This document shows positions 1-17,500 of a DNA stretch of 64,000 nt, piece by piece (positions within the stretch are counted from its first letter, which is position 1; each line of letters opens with the position of its first letter). The translations under genes were made by a program, and so were the position numbers. The DNA is from Bugula neritina (Eukaryota; Animalia; Bryozoa). The notes under the pieces are model-generated. The model ran no database searches. It saw only the letters and a program-made list of their open reading frames with translations, and was not told the DNA's origin. The stretch lies in contig OZ037772.1 of NCBI GenBank assembly GCA_964035545.1, positions 5,810,689-5,874,688 of the forward strand, in the 5' to 3' direction.

Positions 1-117
1 AAGATGCCAATAATGGACTTTTTTATTACAATATAAATATTTTATGATTCATACTGACATAATATGTTGAGTTATAAAAAGCTGTTTTATTTGTGAAGAT
101 TATGACTAGTTGGCATC

Positions 118-2259
<2,142 letters not shown>

Positions 2260-2860
2260 CATACAATACCATCAAAAAACATTTGTGAACCGTTTCACCA
2301 ATATTGTAATAAATGATTTATTTATGGTCACCGCCAGCTTTATTATGTCTGGAATAATTAAATGTTGTAATTATATAAATATAATACACTTTAAATAAAT
2401 TACTTTACTTTTCTGTCATCCTAAATTTTTTTAGAATAAAACATCCCAAAATATTTGTACAGTCTATTAGAGAAATGCCATATGGCCGCAATTTAAATTT
2501 TCTAATATTTTCAAATCAGTACCTTATAGTATCCAATTTTAATAACAAGATGGATGTTTTTTTTAACCAGCTCTAATATTGATTGAAGATATGAGTTTAT
2601 ATGACGTGTCTATATGCAATAGTTAGAATGGCTTGACAAACATCACCTCCTTATGTGATAGGTGCATCACATCTTATTGCTGTGTTTTATTTGTTCTGTT
2701 ATTAGGCAAGGTTTACTAAGTAATTCTAGTAATTAAATAATCAATAACCATAGTATACTTGAGTTGAAACTTCAAACAAAAATAGTGAATGCGTAAGTAG
2801 GTATGCTATGTTGTGGTACTGTATATATAGATTACGAAAATATATTTTTAACTGCTAAGC

Positions 2861-2994
2861 ATGTTGTCTTCATTGTCAATTTTAATATTTCTGATTTTTA
2901 GTTGGGGAGGTGAGTTGCTCCTAAAGTATAATATATAAAAATAATATATAATATAATATATAATAATATATATACATACAGGCTTTGTTTCCCC

Positions 2995-3065
<71 letters not shown>

Positions 3066-3366
3066 TACAAAATGTTGAATGTCAATGCCAAAACTACATA
3101 ATGCTAAAACCAGCTGTATATAACATTTACTATAAGCTTCTACAATGTTGATTTTAGTGAGTGCCAACATACATTCTTATGATTATATTGGTTGTTATCA
3201 AGATAATTCATCTCGCATTCTGAAGGACAGTATAGGATCGAGTAGTACCATAGAGGAATGCCACAAAATGTGTTATGAGAAAGGTAAATGTGTTAAATCT
3301 CTGCTTGCTGTATTTCAGTTCTGTTAAGTTTTTTAGTCGCTACATATTTACTTTAACACAATAAAA

Positions 3367-3446
<80 letters not shown>

Positions 3447-3615
3447 TAAGGCAAAGCACTTCTGGATGCTTGCTTGCAACCGTTGTATAGTATCCAGGCA
3501 GTAAAACAGTGAAATGAGTAAGAGCTGCATACATCTAAAGAACTAATATACCGTATATTTTTTGCACTCATGACCACACACACACACACACGCACACGCA
3601 CACGCACAAGCACTC

Positions 3616-3648
<33 letters not shown>

Positions 3649-5594
3649 AACATGCATGCACACACACATGCACGCAACCACACAAGCAACCACACACAAA
3701 TGCAAACAGTTGTGACCATACAAAGCACACAAATGCATTGTGTTTTTTGTAATGTAGTTGCACTAAGAATATTTTTAAATATTTTGTTTTATAAAACGCA
3801 ACAGCTGTCACTATCTGCATTATATATGTAAATGATTTTTTTGAATATTTCTCTAATTTAACCCTCTTTTACCAGTTAAATCGAGTTTTAATGTCATTCA
3901 CTGATAATTTTCTTTTTCAGTTGCATCCTTTTTAGCTATTTGACTACTAAAACAGAAAAAAGTATTTGTTTGCTCTTCTAACAAGGATGACCTCAGCTAA
4001 GTAGTTAAATTATTTTGGCAAATAGTTTATAGAATGATTTATTAACCTCTTTTTTTCTACATGCATATATGCTCATTGTTCAGTCTCATATCTTAATTAT
4101 GTAATCATATCATCTTATTAAATATATTCCTTTACATTGAAACACTCTATATGCTTTATGATACAGTGTAATATTACCATCTGTAAGAACTTTCAGGTCC
4201 CTACAGCTATGCTGGCTCTGAATATGGGAGTCAGTGTTACTGTGGAAACACCAGACCTTCATCTAGCTTACTTTTCCCCGAGTCTAGCTGCAACATAGAG
4301 TGCTCGGGAAATGTAGAGCAGACGTGTGGCGGACACTGGATGCTCTCAGTCTATGAAATAAAGAGTCAGCTTTTATTGGTTCTTAGTGTTTATTTTTTAC
4401 ACATACCATTTAGAAAAATTTCTAGCGCAATCGTTAATTATTATTTTAATTTTGAAAACTATAAACAGTTTCAAAAGACAACTTATCTTTCAATTGATAT
4501 GTTTTTCAAAAGCCTGGCAATTTTCATTTAGCCTTTTAAACTTTAAAGGAGTAATAAGGTTGATTTATTCAAAATTAAACATCATGTAACTCTTTCTACT
4601 CACACTATCTCTAGCATTATAAAAGATATACCAAGCTCACCAATTATTATTGATTTAATTAATAAAAATTTCCAAGTATATTTGTCATTTCCTATTTTCG
4701 AAATTTTTTTTGTAGTTCTCAGTTGTAATTTTTCAACTTAGTTGCCCATTTCTCTTTTCTATATTTGAATTCATCATGTTATGCTAAATTAGCCTTTAAT
4801 TGGAACATGCAATAGTAACAGACTCTAGCATTAACTTAAGTCATTCTATTCAAAAGTATTAAAGTGTTTGCACAATTAAACGGTATGTTTACAATATTGA
4901 AAATCAATTTGCTTTAAACTAATTATTACTTCTTAAGCATTAATATTTCATTTACCAGTGTTTTATATCCCTTCATGTTTAATGCAAAAGATTTCAATGT
5001 ATTCCCAATATTTCTAGTTACCAACCATTATCCATTAGCATACCTTAACATATCTTAACATACCTCTTCTCATGCCTTAGCACACCCTAGCACACCCTAG
5101 CGCACCCTAACATACTTTAGCAAGTCTTAGTAGGTATGTTTTGACACACCTTAGCTCACTTTAGCATATATGCTATAGCATAACTTGAAACACTTCATGA
5201 CTTCACAGAACAATGCCTTCTAGTAAGATTTGCAGCTATGTCGAAGTGTCATGCTAAATTGTATCAAGTTCTTAAGTATATATATTGTTTGCTTACATAC
5301 AGCTACTTTTTGAATTGAAGTTTTGAATTTTTTTTAGTTTCAACTCTGAGGGAAGGAATGTTCGAGGAATGGAATGAGATTGTCAATTTTGGTTTGTTGT
5401 CTTCAAGAAACGTATCGTCTCAATCAGTTTGTGCCCTGATGTGTCTCTTCACTGAAGTATGTGCAGCCTTTCGTTATGATGTCATAGGAATTTGTGCTAC
5501 TTTTAGTGTCGAGTGTGAGGTTTGCAATAGCTATACCTCTGTGACGGTCATAGCTCAACGGTTTCACAATTACATTGACAATAGTGCAAAATAA
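2861..5594 (+). CDS. Secreted WSC + PAN/Apple-like protein B1 (~199 aa, 4 exons)
   Basis: join(2861..2909,3158..3283,4197..4364,5338..5594); phase-1 introns; 600 nt. Signal MLSSLSILIFLIFSWGVSA; WSC YIGCYQD...TIEECHKMC / YAGSEYGSQCYCGN...CNIECSGNVEQTCGGHWMLSVY; PAN-like SQSVCALMCLFTEVCAAFRYD...C. Confidence 0.85.
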
Positions 5595-7217
5595 ACAATA
5601 ATCTTTAAAAACTAATATGTTTTTCATCAACATTATTATACTTGAATATTTGTTTCTAATATGAATTCAAAAAAGAATTATTGGTAATGTTTTATGGATA
5701 GTGAATAGAAAAGAAAATAACAAATTAATTTATTATTTCGCAGTTGTCTGAAATCACTACCTTTTGATTTTATTTTTATAATCATTTGTAATTTAAAAAA
5801 ATAAATTTTAAACAACATAATGGGTCAGCTATAATAAACTTAGAATTATTCTAACTTGAAGTTGGCCGTTCCTTAAGCGCTGCTGTTTGATCAAGACTTT
5901 TCCGATACCCATTCTGAAACACAAAATGTCTTCATTAGTCATTATTATTTTACATGTACTTCAATTTCATAAAAAAATTAATGTCAATATAACAAAAAAA
6001 TATGAAAGTCAATAAAAGAAGGTTAAACAGAGTAACACAACCAGTTTTTGTGAAATTGCAATTTTAAAGTGTTATTGCGCCATATTTTATTGTTTGGAGT
6101 GTGGCAAATAGAAAAATATCATAAATGGTTGACGGAATTTTTAAATCTGCTAGTGAGGCTTTTGGTAAGCTCCAGGATCATTTCTGAAGAAGCAGACATG
6201 AGCAAACATGTGTTTATTAGAGCCAAGTGTTATAAAGTGTACAGAGTTGTTGTTCTGACATGTATGAAGCTGATATTAGGATGATGTACCGCACTCAAGT
6301 TAAGAGACTACATGATCAGGTAGCTGAGATCAATACAAAATGTTCCAATATGGCAAGATAAAGTCACAATAAACTGTATCTATAGAGAAAAAATAACCCC
6401 CAAAATTTATTACATATCTTTTGTTTATTGATTTATTATCAATATACTGAAACTGGCAGTAAATGTTTTTCACTTTTACGTAAATTTCAAGTGCAACAAA
6501 CTGTTATTAAATTTTGCACAGCCAGTTTACTTTGTTCAGTTTCCTTTCATTTAAGAAAATCCCAATTAACAAAAATGTTCAAGTAGCAATGTTTTATTTG
6601 GCTTTATCAAATAATGTTATTAATTTGGTTTTTTAGTTTATAAACAGTCGCTATGTTAGTTTCAATAAATCTGGCAAAAAATTGTTTTTTAACTTTATTA
6701 CAAAATGATTTCAGCAAATTTAAAACACATCAACGAAATACAACTTAAGAAAAAACAACTACTGTAACTTTTATTAGTCTAGCTTGTAAAAGAAAGCTCA
6801 ATTGAAAAGTTCCTTTATCATACTTCTTTTGTTATTTAACAAAGAATAATACAGTGATATGTAGTGTTAAGTTAACCCAGCAGCCTCTGTGTTGTAGTTG
6901 GTAAGCAGGAAACTCTGTGGTTCCCATCCTGGTGGGGGGCAAAGTATTTTCACAAACTGCATATCAATTCTATGCATATACGAGTACGATTTACTTTCAA
7001 CACCAGTTTAACTTTAAATTTTCACATACTTAATGTATCATATTTTATAAAACAATTTGGCTCGGTTCCATTAGGCATGAGCTAATTATGTTTCACATTG
7101 AAAATGCCAATAATTGATTTTTTTATTACAATATAAATATTTTATGATTCATACTGACATAATATGTTGAATGATAAAAAGCTGTTTTATTTGTGAAGAT
7201 TTTGACTAGTTAGCACC

Positions 7218-7534
7218 ATGCATATGGCTATAGAGGTGGTTGCACTGGGACTAATACTTTGTACTCTAACTGGTGAGCTGATTAGAATAATATTATTACT
7301 AAATTAATATGTTGATATATAAACTAATTTGAATAAAACCAATGTAATGCTTGATATTAGACAAGCTTTTGGAAAAGAAAATAATCAATAAAGAGATAAT
7401 ATGTGTGCAAATCTGTGTGCGAATCTGTGTGCGAATCTGTGTGCAAATCTGTGTGAAAATCTGTGTGCGTGTGTGCGTTTGTGCGTGTGTGCGTGCGTGC
7501 GTGTGTGCGTGCGTGCGTGTGCGCGTGCGTGCGC

Positions 7535-7616
<82 letters not shown>

Positions 7617-9859
7617 GTGTGTAAACTGAGATCTAGCTAATATTTCAGCAAGTGCTCAACAGTACTCCTACAATTATTTGGGATGCTATCAAGACGGGTG
7701 GAAACGAACTTTAGACAAGAAATCAAAATACATCAAAACCATAAAAGAATGTCAAGAGTTTTGCTTCACAGAAGGTAACTTTTGCATCTCTGTATTTTCT
7801 TTTCATTTAATTTTTTCATTTTGTATTTTCAAATAAAAATGCAGACACACAAAAATTTGTAAAGTTTCACATAAAAACATTGAGAAATAAAATTTGTCAC
7901 TTTTATGTTGGTATTTCAACATTCCCATTCAGAGCAGCACTTAAGCACTGAGTCTAGACAAAGTTTTTTGGTAACAAATGCAGTATGAGGAAGACATCTT
8001 CGTGTATCATACTTTAAAACAATGATCCTTATAAAGCAAAGATTCTCAACCTCCAAGTTTGACACACAAAAGTTAGGAGCTCGGATGTTAGTTTTGAAAG
8101 TTTGCCGTTTCCAATAAAAACCATTGTTTCTTTTAATAAGTTTGGCTTATGACTGAATCGGTTAATTCATCAGGTAGATATCGGTATGCTGGACTAGAAG
8201 CTGGTTACCAGTGTTTCTGTGACGATTCTAAGCCCTTTCCTAATCTGACACTCGCAGAGTCTCGTTGTAAAACAAAGTGTCATGGGAATAGTGCTCAAAT
8301 TTGTGGAGGAAACTGGATTCTCTCTGTTTATGAAATCTCAGGAGGTTGGTTCTGTCGTGATACTTTACACTATGCTATAATAATGCTGGTGTAAAATACT
8401 GCTGATGATTAGATGTTCTCAGTAAGATTTTTAAGGATTGGTAGTAGGTGCTAGTGTACTGAAAGTGCTAATATAAGAACTGTACTTTTTTATATTTATA
8501 TTTATTACTACATATCCATGCAAAATTTGTCGTATATTGCATGTTGCATACTGTGCGCGTGCGTGTGTGCGTGTGTGTGTGTGTGTACATGCGTATGTGT
8601 GTGCGTGTGTGTGTGTGTGTAACGGTATAGATATATTATAGCATATGTGTATTACTATAATACACAACATATCATATATGTAATATTAGACATACAATAT
8701 AGCAGTTATGAAGAACTAGAAATGTATAATATAATATAATAATATGTATGTAGTACTAGATATAATAGAATATTATGTATATATTACTAGATATAATATA
8801 ATAGCATGTATGTAGTACTAGATATAATATAATATTATGTATGTAGTACTAGATATAATATAATAATATGTATATAGAACTTATAGGCTGTGATGCTGCA
8901 TACTGCATAAATCACAATTTACAGTCTTTCAATATAAAAAATTAAAAAACCTACCAAATAAGTAGTTTTAAGTTTAAAGTTTATACTTTATATATTCTTT
9001 CAAATGTTCTTTTACTTTTCAATATAATTTTTTACAATAATACTATAGTAGAAATGATATTCATAGTATTTAAATAAACAGTTTGTAACATCAAAGTATA
9101 TCTTTTACATGCAAAAAAATTTATTGATGCAAGTCTGCATACGTTTGAAACTATAACCAAAAATGATTCATTGACAATGTGTATTGCATAACAGTATTTA
9201 GGGTTACTCATACAGCTATTCAACCTGTTTTGAACTGTTAAAACTTTTTCTATTTTAACACAGAAGAAGAAGCTTAGGGCTTTCCAAATGCGTTTCAAAC
9301 TTATAAAAGTAAATAAGAGTAATTAAAACTAGTTAACACAAGGAAAAATAATTTCTAAACATATAAAATATAATTTTTGACAGTAAAACTAAAACAAATT
9401 TTAAGGAATGTAAATATATTTTGGACAGTATATCCACACTTAGTTTACACATGCAATAACTGCGTACTCTTCTGTATGCTATTTCTATTAGCACTTCTTA
9501 AAAATTAGAAATATTAGAAGAAATGTTTGCTCTTGTGGACGGATCGCATTTATAAGATTTAGAATTTGATTTTTTCCCAAGTTTGTTAATCTAACCTATA
9601 TTATTTGTTGGATTTTTTAGAAGGAAGAATATTCCAGAGAGAAAAGAGCTGGACTGTGTCCTTGAACATTTTGTCTTTGGAGACGTCATCTTCTCTATCA
9701 ACCTGTGGATTAACATGTTTGAAGACTAAACTGTGTGTTGCATTTTATTACTCTACTAGTTCTTGTTTCATATATTCCCGCAACTGTGAAGACAACTCTC
9801 AATACAACTCATTTCCTCTGTTGATCTACAAGTTGAACTACCAGATTTGTGATGGTTAA
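7218..9859 (+). CDS. Secreted WSC + PAN/Apple-like protein A2 (paralog of A1)
   Basis: join(7218..7272,7649..7774,8174..8344,9621..9859); exon sizes identical to A1 (55/126/171/239); open frame. Confidence 0.85.
8715..8880. repeat. ~30 bp AT-rich minisatellite (gtatgtagtactagatataatataat)
   Basis: About 5 degenerate units, part of an insertion present only in A2 intron 3. Confidence 0.7.
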
Positions 9860-10470
9860 CATACAATACCGACGAAAACAATTATTGTAAATCTTTTTAC
9901 TAATATTGGTTTTATGATTTGTTTATGGTGGCCACTAGCTTTATCATGTCTGGAAATATTAAATATTGTAATTATTCAAAGTTAATATGCTTTAAATAAA
10001 TTACTTTGTTTTTTCTGTCATCTTGAATTATTTATTATTACATTATTCCAAGACATTTGTATAGTCCATTAGAGAAATGCAATATGGCCGCAATTTAAAT
10101 ATTCTATCTTTTTTTTAAATGAGAGCCTATTTAACTTTATTAACATAATGAATGAGTTTTTCACCATGCAAGCTCTAATATTGATTAAAGATATAAGTTT
10201 AAGTGATGTGTCTATATGCAATATATAGTGAGACATTTTAGAATGGCTTGAAAAACATCAGCTCCTGATGTGATAGGTACATCATATCTTACTGATGTGT
10301 TTTATTTGTTCGGTTATTAGGCAAAGTTTACAAAGTAATTATAGCAATTAAATAATCAATAAACATACTATAATTGAGTTGAAAACTTCAATCAATAACT
10401 CTGAATGCGTAAGCAGGTGTGTTATGTTGTGATACTTAAAAGATATATTGCGAAAATGTGCTTTTTTACC

Positions 10471-13181
<2,711 letters not shown>

Positions 13182-14544
13182 ACAATAATATTTGAAAACC
13201 AATATATATGCATATAATATATAATATATATAAATTCAAAGATGTATTTTCAATGGTTTATTTATAGTGAACAGAAAACACGATAGCAAATAAACTAATC
13301 ATTTCACAGCTGTCTGAAGTCATTACCTTCTGATTTTATTTTTATAATCATTCGTAAATTTAAAAAAAGTTTATAACTCTAGACAATATTATAATGAATC
13401 AGCTAATAAAATTATAATTATTCCAACTTGATGGCCAGCAGTTCTTTAAGCACTGCTGTTTGATCGGGATTTCTCCGATACCCGTTCTGAAACACAAAAT
13501 GTAATCACTGGTCACTAATATGCATATATTTCAGTTTTATTAGAAATCTAAAGTCAAGTTAGGCAAAGTAGCATCACTAGCTCTTGGTAAAATGCACTTT
13601 TCCATTTCCACTGTGCTTACGTCACTTCTTATTGCTTTGAATGTGGCATGTTATGCAAGATATCACAAATAGTTGGCTGAACCTCTAAGCCTGGTTAGTT
13701 TTCAAAATGAATGTCAAATGTGCACTTGTGAAAGATATAATATGTCACTTTAAGAAAGTCATGTTAAATTAAGTAAATAAGCACTGCGGTGAGTTTAAAG
13801 AAGCAAATGTGGTTTAAATAAATGTTTTTTTACTTCATAATATAATATAGTTAAAGCCATCTTGCTTTCATTTCTGCATTTTTATAAGCTCATTATGTAT
13901 TATTATACTTTCTAGATTTCATGGTTATTTTGGTATATAATAAATACATAATTTACCAAGAATCATCAATTTTTTACGTCAAAATAATAAATTCAAGATC
14001 TTGATATTGATAATATGTCCTATATGTGGTAAGAGTTTATATACAGAAAAAACATTAACTGATCAAACTCTACTGCTCTGCTGAGCATATTGCAGCATAA
14101 TGCAATGGCAAAGCATATTAACGCATGTTTTCTATTATAGGTGCTTTTTTTCTCTAGTGTTTCTCTACATTAGCTGCCCTATAATGTACACAACTATATA
14201 GATATGTATGATATAATTGTATATTAGTAATACAATAGTGTTTGCATTATAGTAACAATAAAATAGCACTCTAATACCAATACATTAGTATAGTAATTAC
14301 ATTTTATACTGATACAATAGCACTACTGTTGCAAGTTTTGTTATAATATGGAAACAATATATATATATAGCAGTATTATTGCAATAATATGATTAAAAAC
14401 TCCTTAATTTCTTAATCATGTATGTTATAAGTTTTATGTTTTAATCAAATTTAGCTGTTAATTTAAGAAACATAAAAAATTTAAAAAAAATAAAGTAGAT
14501 TTTGCACTATTATTGAAACACTTAACACAAATCCTTTTCTTAAT

Positions 14545-17500
14545 TTACATGTTCGGAGTTGTCTCACCTCTCAAGAGAGCTGTCATCAAAATAATAACTG
14601 TAAAAAATCCTAGTACCATAGCCACTTCTAGAACTATGTAGACAATGTAGAACTTGTACTCTGCAACAAACATTTTATATTTAGTTCAATTTAAATAGTG
14701 AATCGCTTAAAGCAGCACTAAGTTGGTGATCACTGAGCCCAATGGTTTAGTAGTTTGGAGTTTGCACAATGGTGTATACAAATGCTGTACTCAGTCACCT
14801 CCAACTCAAGGCTGCTTTTATCAGTATTAAAAATACAGAACACGAACTAAGAATTACTATTTAAATTGACCTAAGGCTAATGATTTTTTTTCATTCTTTT
14901 TATTTCAAAATATTTAATAACAAGAAATCAAATATCAGTATGCAAATCTTCTGAAAATATATGAATAGGCTTAAATTTTTTTTCGGAATGCCTAACCATA
15001 ACAAAAAAATAGGTTAGTTTACATAAAATAAATAAATTTTGTAACTAAAGAGCTAGTTTTTATATGCTGTTTAAAATCATGATACTCAATTGATTAGATT
15101 TCACTCAGTTAGATTCAAATCTGAAAGTAGTTTTGATAAATCATTAGCGTTAATGAACGTTTTTTAGTTGTGTCAAATAATATCAGAAAGCTGCAAACAG
15201 CACACCTCTTTTGATAATATTCTTTGACGTAGACTGAGGAGCCTTATCTGAAATTGTCGGTACATCATTCGGACGATTCGAAGTTTGGCTTCTTGACAGA
15301 AGTGTCGGAGAACTCCTAGAGTTAGTAGTTAGTTCAGGCTGAGTTGTTTGACTGGTTTTGCTGTCTGAACCTGTGGTCTGAGCCACGGTTATAAATGGCT
15401 GGTAAATAATGGGAGTGAACGATGAGATGTTCCCATTTCCTACGTTTGTGTCATTATTTTCGATTTGCCATAGCACTGTGACGGTGTTTTGTGGGAAATC
15501 GTCATAGTCTATTGCAGAACATAATTTAACTTTTATATTAGAAATTCCACATAGTTTTCTTTTGATTTATGCCCACAACTGAGTTTTGATGCAAGACGTA
15601 CAACTACCCAATAGGCAAAACAGTCAAGTTATTAATATTATGTCAATTATGTTCTTAACTTTACTCAAGTTTTGCTTACGTATAATTATGTCAAAAAAAC
15701 AGAATATGGTAATTCCGTACTTTGCCAAAACAATTGCTACACACATAAAACTTTTTTTAAATAAAAAGGCTTGTGTTTTTTTGTACAAACACTTATCAAA
15801 GCACAAAAAACTAAAAAAACAATTGAAAAAAACTCAAAAATGCAATAAACTGCATCCACTATAATTTTATTGCCTTCCTAAGTTTCCCAAAGTGTTTGTG
15901 ATGTAATAAATAGCTTGTGCTCTCACCTTTTGCTCCCGAGGATTTGATTCCACAGTGTAGCTGTGAAACACCAGAACCGCTGTTGGCTGGGTCAAGGTTA
16001 TAAGCATTGCCAATGACCAGTTCCTTGTTAATGCCAATCCAGTAGTACTCAAAGTTTTGTGGAAAGAGATCAGAAAACATGTTGCATAAGAGTACTTGTC
16101 TTTCGGCATCTCGTCTGACGGTTAGTGTAGGCTTGTAACTGGCCGGGTAGGTGAAGTCTGCACAATACAACTTTTGATGAGAATAACAGCAGATGTTTGG
16201 CAGTAAATGTAGTGCCGCCATTACCCAGTAGCCCCTGTAGTGTAATAGTTAGAGAGCTTGCTTTCATGGAGAGGTCTACAGTTTATATCTCAGTAGGGCA
16301 AGTATTGTTTAAGCTATTTCGGCCTTTATTTAACTACTATAAGTGGTATTCTAAAAGAGTTAAAATGCCAGGGAGCATGAAGAGTGAAGAAGCAGTAGAG
16401 AGGTCAGTGGAGTTTAAAGAACCAGTAGCCCCTGTGGTGTAATAGTTGTTGCACCTGCTTGTAGGCAAAGGTCATGGGTTCAAATCCCAGTGGGGACAAT
16501 TATTTTTCAGTATTTGAGCTATCCAAAATTTTTAATCTTAAACATGTGAATAATAATATAATTGCACTTTTAATTCTTTTTTTATTATTTTACGCAATTT
16601 TTCAGAAAATTTTGAATTTAAAAGGCTGCAGAAAATTGAAAATAAAATTTATCCAAATGAACTTGAATACTTATTGATGGACAATCAACTAAATTTCATG
16701 TTAGGTCATCAAATTCTAGTTTATCGTAATTCATGACAATTGAAATTTATAAATATGACGCTTTTTCTTCTGTTGTTGAACAACAAATGGCTTAATGTTG
16801 CATTTGAGTTTTGAAAACTTTGATTTAACAGCAAAATTTACAAAATATCTAATCCTCTTATACAGATTGGCATTTAGGTTGTCTAAATTTTATTTATTTA
16901 AAATCAATCAAATGTTACAGTGGTTGCCCTAATTTATCACGTCACTACATAATTTCACATCTGCTAAGTTTTTAGTGATACATGTTTGTTGTTTTGTTAC
17001 GTATTTTGGTATATGTTTAAAATAATTTCAAAAGTCTTACAAATTGTAGGAGGAACTTCAAATGAATCTTCTAGCTGAAGTCCTTTGTTATTGGAACTTC
17101 GACACGTAACATTGAAACCTTGGCGATGTTTTTCCGAAGGAGAAAAATAGACTCTATTATTTGATTGGTTGTAGAGGGCCAGTGTTGCTTCTCCAGGCAC
17201 TTCAACGGCTAATAAAACAAATAGTTATTCTATGAATGATGAAGTACAGAAATTTATAAAGTCTTTGTTGAAAATTACCAGCATGACATGTGTAGCCTGT
17301 GTTCTAAACATTTATGTCAACTTAGTTATTACTATCAGTGCTGCTGAAGCAACATATCCTATAAATAGTCAATTTGATGAAACTTTGTATATACTAGTAT
17401 ACTACTATTATACTGGGTCATGTTATTATAAGTTTAGTACACATTAGCTAACTATGACAAAAACTTAAAGTTTGCTCAAATTTCATGAAAATGTAATAAC

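Noticed and set aside
6184-6215. CTGAAGA...CAAACATGT hammerhead-like string
   Set aside because: Lacks GAAA and a convincing stem II.
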